The position numbers were made by a program, and so were the translations under genes. Source: an uncultured Muribaculaceae bacterium (GTDB lineage Bacteria; Bacteroidota; Bacteroidia; Bacteroidales; Muribaculaceae). From it: a stretch of DNA of 64,000 nucleotides. The first letter of the stretch is position 1. Each line of letters starts with the position of its first letter. Shown here one piece after another: positions 59,788 through 64,000 of the stretch. The stretch covers positions 25,095 to 89,094 of the forward strand of contig CAJTMY010000005.1 in the NCBI GenBank assembly GCA_910577355.1, read 5' to 3'. The notes beneath the pieces were generated by a model. The model saw nothing but the letters and a program-made list of their open reading frames with translations, was not told the origin of the DNA and searched no databases.

Positions 59788-59944
59788 TTCACGTTTCGCA
59801 TCGTTGATTGAATCGACGGCCTACGGGCGCCCCATGCATTATAATACGTCTGTCCGCGTATACCTCCGCCTATGGCTTCGGTGGACGCGGCTACGAGTAA
59901 ATCGGCGGGCTATGCACGCATTTTGCATTTATATATTTATAAAT

Positions 59945-59975
59945 GACTGGAGCGGATCATTGATCCGCTCCAGTC
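59945..59975. terminator. Perfect 15-bp inverted repeat between convergent genes (candidate bidirectional terminator)
   Basis: gactggagcggatca-t-tgatccgctccagtc. Both genes end within about 160 nt and 20 nt of it. Confidence 0.55.
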
Positions 59976-59994
59976 GGTTGTGTGATGTGGGTTT

Positions 59995-61557
59995 TTATTT
60001 CACGAATATCTTGCGGGCGGTGGTACCGCGGCGTTCGATTATCACTGTGCCGCGTACGGGGCTGTCGAGGCGGATGCCTTGCAGTGTGAAGTACTCGGCG
60101 GGGGCATTGTCGGCCTTGATGTCGTCGATGCCCTGTGTGTCTGGTATGGCGATGCGGAATTTGCCGCTTAGGTTGGTATTCACGAAGCCTTCGGCGGGAA
60201 GGTCGTCCTGGAACAGAGTCCAGTTGGCGCAACCGAGCGTGAGGCCTTCATCGGGGAATGTGATGGCTCCGTCGACGTATTTGCCGAGATACGAGCTTAC
60301 GGTTGTCTCGCTTTTGCCAGCTTCGCGAAGCATATCGGCGGTGCCCATCACGAATACGGGGGCGACGAGATTCTTCTCGACATGTGCGGGTGTGAGCTTT
60401 ACGTCGGCCGGGTCGCTTGTGTCGAATGTGAGGTAGTGGTTGAACTCGCTGTCGTAGTCGGCCTCGGAAGTGTTGGCGGGATATGTGGCGCCGTGTGCGT
60501 TGACGAGGCGATAGATAGCCTTGTTCTGCTTGTTCTGCTGCAGCTCTGCCTGATAGTCGACGGGCAGCTCGTCGTTGATTATCTCGAGGATGTCGGTGGT
60601 GATATCGGTAAGGCCGAGCGATGTCCATTCGTCGGCTCGGTCGGGCGAGTAGGTGAAGGAGAAGTGTGTTTCTTCGAGAGCCATGCCCGATTCTGTGCCG
60701 TAAGTGATGGCCACGAGGGTGTTGAGGCCGTCGGCGAGTGCGGGCAATTCTACCGCGCCTGCCGTGGTCTGCTTTGTGTATTCGCACTTGCGGTCGATGA
60801 GTTTCTGAAGCTTGGCCGATGTGTAGTGGCCGGGGAATACGGCGTATTCCATATATGAAGTCTCGTCGGGGAAGGTGGCTGTGACGGTGGCGGGCTTGGC
60901 TTCGTTGGAGAAGAGCGAGTATTGGAACTTGGGAACGTAGTCGGTGGCTCCGTTTACCTGAAACTGGAGGTCGCCTATCGCTGTGACATCATCGTCTTCC
61001 TCGCTGAAGAAGTAGCCGGCATAGATATAGAAGCGCTTGAGTTCGGGGATGAAGTAGTTGTAAGCGGCGTAGGTATCGATTACCTCCTGTCCGTATTCGG
61101 GAGCTATGATCTCGTAGCAGGAGGCGAAGTCGGCGACGAGTATCTCCTGACCGAACACGTCGATCTTGGTGTTCTGCGGCAGCATTTTGAGTGTGCCTTT
61201 GGCTGTGTTGACATCGACCACGATGTCTGCGCCGTTGAATACGCCGTTGAATCGGTATTGCTGTATGGTGACGTCGTCGGTGCTGTAACGCACATCGACT
61301 GTCTTGTCGGGGAAGTCGCCTTGCCATTCATCGAGGCCGGTGAAGAGTGCGAACATATCGTCCATGGTGAGTGTGCCTGTACCGAAGCTTTGCCATTCGG
61401 TCCAGGTTGTTTCAGTCTCGGTATCGGCGGCTTTGGCGGCGGCATGTGCCAAGGGCTTGCGGTCGCATGCAGGAAGTGTGGAGAGCAGTGTGGGGGTGGA
61501 GGCGAACGCACTTGCGGTCATCGCCGTGCACAGCAACAGGGAGTAAAGTCTTTTCAT
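59995..61557 (-). CDS. Hypothetical secreted protein with a T9SS C-terminal sorting tail
   Basis: Signal peptide MKRLYSLLLCTAMTASAFA. The C-terminus EYFTLQGIRLDSPVRGTVIIERRGTTARKIFVK is T9SS-CTD-like. The body has no motif I recognise. Confidence 0.65.
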   Translation of the reverse strand: MKRLYSLLLCTAMTASAFASTPTLLSTLPACDRKPLAHAAAKAADTETETTWTEWQSFGTGTLTMDDMFALFTGLDEWQGDFPDKTVDVRYSTDDVTIQQYRFNGVFNGADIVVDVNTAKGTLKMLPQNTKIDVFGQEILVADFASCYEIIAPEYGQEVIDTYAAYNYFIPELKRFYIYAGYFFSEEDDDVTAIGDLQFQVNGATDYVPKFQYSLFSNEAKPATVTATFPDETSYMEYAVFPGHYTSAKLQKLIDRKCEYTKQTTAGAVELPALADGLNTLVAITYGTESGMALEETHFSFTYSPDRADEWTSLGLTDITTDILEIINDELPVDYQAELQQNKQNKAIYRLVNAHGATYPANTSEADYDSEFNHYLTFDTSDPADVKLTPAHVEKNLVAPVFVMGTADMLREAGKSETTVSSYLGKYVDGAITFPDEGLTLGCANWTLFQDDLPAEGFVNTNLSGKFRIAIPDTQGIDDIKADNAPAEYFTLQGIRLDSPVRGTVIIERRGTTARKIFVK

Positions 61558-61593
61558 AAGCAGTGAAATTAAGAAATTCTAATTGTGTGATTG

Positions 61594-61601
61594 CAAAAGT
61601 A
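61594..61601 (-). promoter_or_regulatory. Candidate -7 promoter box TACTTTTG for the 520-aa T9SS cargo gene
   Basis: Exact TAnnTTTG match on the minus strand, about 37 nt upstream of the ATG at 61557. Confidence 0.4.
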
Positions 61602-61660
61602 TATAATTTCACCGATATAGCAAACAAAAATATGATAAAAGTGGTGTGATGCTGGTTTTT

Positions 61661-62506
61661 TTATCGATTGAACCAAGATCTGTATCTATTGAGTCGTGCA
61701 CGTAGAGGCGTTGTATCGATGGCGGTGCCGTACACTGTGGCGGCATTGTTGTCGTATTCTGATATGGCGGCCATAGTCTCTTCGTATTGGTTGTTGAACT
61801 CGTCGTAGCTCATCGCGGCATATGCCGCGAGGGCGTCTGTACGGTTTGATAGCTCGAGATAGTGCTGTCGGCCAAGCAGCGCTCCATATTCGTCTATGGC
61901 TTCTATAAGGCTTGTGTTGTTCTTGAGATAGCGGTTGGAGAGATAGCTGCGCACCTTTATCATCCCGGCACGCGAGTTGTCGAGCGATATAAAAGTGGGA
62001 GATGTGCACATGTTGCGTGCCTCACGGCTGAGTTTCAGTATGTCGGTGATCTCGTTGAGCGAACGGGAGGATTCAGGGTCGTTGTCTATGACGGGAGCTC
62101 CGCTCGAATACAGGCGTTGGTTGAACAGGCGGTAGATGCGGTTTTCCATCTCGTCCATGTCGCTGTCGTTCCACTCCATCATCAGGCGGCGGTAGCAGTC
62201 CTGAGCCAGGCGCGGAGCGTATATGGCTGCTGCATCGCTGCGTGTGCGGTCGTATTCGCTGCCTGTGAGCTTGCCTTCGGTGTGAAATCGTTCTATGCGG
62301 TCGTATACGGGGCGGTAGCCTGATTCGTAAGAATGCTGGCGGCTCTCCGAATATTCGGAGATTGCCTCGTCGATCAGAGCCGCATATCCGTTGTCGACTG
62401 TGACGCGTGCCGGAGGATCGAGCATAGTCTTCACAAAGTACAGCACCGCTCCTGTCGCTACGAGGACGGCGAGAATTATCACGAGTATCTTTCCGAAGGT
62501 GTTCAT
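61661..62506 (-). CDS. Hypothetical membrane-anchored helical protein (281 aa)
   Basis: N-terminal TM helix ILVIILAVLVATGAVLYFV followed by a predicted all-helical soluble part. Its start overlaps the upstream stop (ATGA, 62503-62506). Confidence 0.55.
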   Translation of the reverse strand: MNTFGKILVIILAVLVATGAVLYFVKTMLDPPARVTVDNGYAALIDEAISEYSESRQHSYESGYRPVYDRIERFHTEGKLTGSEYDRTRSDAAAIYAPRLAQDCYRRLMMEWNDSDMDEMENRIYRLFNQRLYSSGAPVIDNDPESSRSLNEITDILKLSREARNMCTSPTFISLDNSRAGMIKVRSYLSNRYLKNNTSLIEAIDEYGALLGRQHYLELSNRTDALAAYAAMSYDEFNNQYEETMAAISEYDNNAATVYGTAIDTTPLRARLNRYRSWFNR

Positions 62507-63705
62507 TGCTTGTGCTTTTTCGCGGTGGCACGCAGCAGGCTGCCATATGTTTCGGGTGTGATAGCCGTATCGCCGGAGATGTTAAGAGGTATTCCGTAGA
62601 GCACGTTGGGCGTGAATGCTTTCAGGGTGTCGGCTATGGCTTTCAATGCGTCGGAGCCGTCGAGCCGTATGGCGTATCCGGCCACATCATCATATCGGCA
62701 TTCGTTGAGGGCGTCCCACAGGCCGGCGATAGGGGGCATGGAATCCATGTCGGCTTTGTTCCATACTTTGCAGGTGTCGAGGTAGGTTACAGCCTCGGCT
62801 ATCTGTAATGCTGTGAATCCGGCCGAGGAAGTCACGGTATCGGTCGGTATTGTGTCGGAGGGTGCGCCGCCGGCCGGTGTTTCTGTGATAGGGACGGCTT
62901 CTATCGGAGGCCATGCCGCATGCAGCCTGAAATTGTGGGAGTCGCAGTATCCGATGATGTAGGCTGCGAGCAATCCGAGTATGAATCCACCCAAGGCTCC
63001 TAAGGCATAAGGCTGCCATTGGCGGCACAGTCTGTGGCCGGCGGGATGCGGCGGAACGGGTGGCACGAGTTGCGGCTTGGGGACGGTGATTTCGGATGAT
63101 ATGTCCTCGTCATCGGCGGCATCTATGTCGTCGAGGGGATATTCGGTGAGGTCGACGGCCCCTGCCACTGTCTGCCCTTCGTGTGCGAGTATCACGCCGC
63201 AGTATTCGGCATAATATGGACGACGGCGGAATGTGCCGGCAAGTTCCTCGAGTTCGTCGACGCCGATGCGACGCCATGCAAGCGAACCCTCCGGGTCGGA
63301 TGAGAATGCTGCGGTATGCATGGCGGCAGGTGCGTAACACTCGGCAAATTCTTCGGATAGTTCGGCTTCGTCGGGCAGGCGACCGGCATTTATGAGTTGT
63401 CCGAGGCGGTCGATGATTACGGCGACTTCTTCGCCGCGGATGTCTATTCTGTCGGGAATGTACAGCCATGCGGCCACGTTGTCGCCGAGGCGTCCGCTTA
63501 TAGTGCGGGCAACTGCGATATATGTGCCGGAGGCCGAGAATGTCATATATATGAGTGGATGCGATTGGTTGTCGCAAGGAGGTGTGACTCGTCCGAGTAT
63601 GTGCCGTAAATCGGTTATATGCCGTGTCCAGTCGCCGGGGTTTGCTACTATCGGATGCCCCATGCCGTTACTGGTCACTGTGATGGCTATGCCTGTCTTA
63701 TTCAT
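62503..63705 (-). CDS. Hypothetical single-pass membrane protein (400 aa)
   Basis: N-terminal soluble domain of about 190 aa, an acidic then proline-rich linker (DDIDAADDEDISSE...PKPQLVPPVPPHP), TM helix YALGALGGFILGLLAAYIIGY, and a C-terminal domain of about 145 aa. Its start overlaps the upstream stop (ATGA, 63702-63705). Confidence 0.55.
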   Translation of the reverse strand: MNKTGIAITVTSNGMGHPIVANPGDWTRHITDLRHILGRVTPPCDNQSHPLIYMTFSASGTYIAVARTISGRLGDNVAAWLYIPDRIDIRGEEVAVIIDRLGQLINAGRLPDEAELSEEFAECYAPAAMHTAAFSSDPEGSLAWRRIGVDELEELAGTFRRRPYYAEYCGVILAHEGQTVAGAVDLTEYPLDDIDAADDEDISSEITVPKPQLVPPVPPHPAGHRLCRQWQPYALGALGGFILGLLAAYIIGYCDSHNFRLHAAWPPIEAVPITETPAGGAPSDTIPTDTVTSSAGFTALQIAEAVTYLDTCKVWNKADMDSMPPIAGLWDALNECRYDDVAGYAIRLDGSDALKAIADTLKAFTPNVLYGIPLNISGDTAITPETYGSLLRATAKKHKQ

Positions 63706-64000
63706 TTCGAAAGGATGTTGTTGAGTTTGGCTAATTTGCCGCTTTTAAACGATTTTGACCGTCTGAGCAGTTCATTTATGACCAGTTCGGCGGCCGAGCC
63801 GCGGAAGAGACAGAAGTCCTGGAAACACACCTCGCCCATTGTGAATGGTATTCGTTCCACCACACCGCCGTTGATCTCGTTTTCCTTGCATATGCGTGTG
63901 AGGCCGTTGTAGAATCCCGAATAGTGCCGGTCGGTGTACCGGCGCAGTGTCTCGATGAGTTCGGAGCCTGTCGCTTGTGCACGGTCTACTTTTGTGAACA
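63702..64000 (-). CDS. Hypothetical protein, C-terminal 99 aa only (5' end outside the window)
   Basis: My manual translation of the minus-strand frame entering from 63998: FTKVDRAQATGSELIETLRRYTDRHYSGFYNGLTRICKENEINGGVVERIPFTMGEVCFQDFCLFRGSAAELVINELLRRSKSFKSGKLAKLNNILSK-stop. Not in the ORF track because it has no start codon in the window. Confidence 0.5.
   Translation of the reverse strand, partial: FTKVDRAQATGSELIETLRRYTDRHYSGFYNGLTRICKENEINGGVVERIPFTMGEVCFQDFCLFRGSAAELVINELLRRSKSFKSGKLAKLNNILSK

Overview
Densely coding chromosomal window from a Bacteroidota (Bacteroidales-type) genome. Taxon markers are the rpmB-rpmG-DUF4295 trio, a SusC/SusD pair, T9SS C-terminal sorting tails, a Bacteroides-type ECF sigma/anti-sigma/STN-TonB receptor cluster, TAnnTTTG -7 promoter boxes, no Shine-Dalgarno sequences, and the atpDC-BEFHAG gene order. 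Left to right, the window holds: (i) the 3' part of a D-lactate-dehydrogenase-like Fe-S flavoenzyme followed by a MurNAc salvage cluster (membrane protein, sugar kinase, murQ, SGNH esterase). (ii) Two small lipoprotein/hypothetical genes, then rpmB-rpmG-DUF4295. (iii) An M48-like protein, an M23/LysM peptidase, ndk, grpE-dnaJ and ispE on the minus strand. (iv) An 18-gene, about 17.3 kb plus-strand block in which a complete F1Fo ATP synthase operon (atpDCBEFHAG) sits between nuoH and nuoI of the 11-subunit NDH-1 operon. This is the most unusual organisation in the window. (v) A DMT transporter, a BspA-type LRR protein, a 1301-aa multidomain T9SS cargo protein and an adjacent DUF6377-type membrane regulator. 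(vi) A VOC-sugE-Nim-like detoxification trio. (vii) An ECF sigma / OM beta-barrel / short anti-sigma / STN-TonB receptor / DUF4249 / lipoprotein operon. (viii) A tightly packed minus-strand run: OM barrel, tsaD, cinA, NfnAB-like oxidoreductase and a tricorn-type S41 protease. (ix) A susC/susD pair plus manA. (x) An orphan T9SS cargo gene and a translationally coupled three-gene operon of unknown function that runs off the right edge. I saw no rRNA, tRNA, CRISPR array, transposase or integrase. All calls come from reading the translated ORFs and the DNA by eye, with no database search, so family names are motif-level recognition rather than alignment results.
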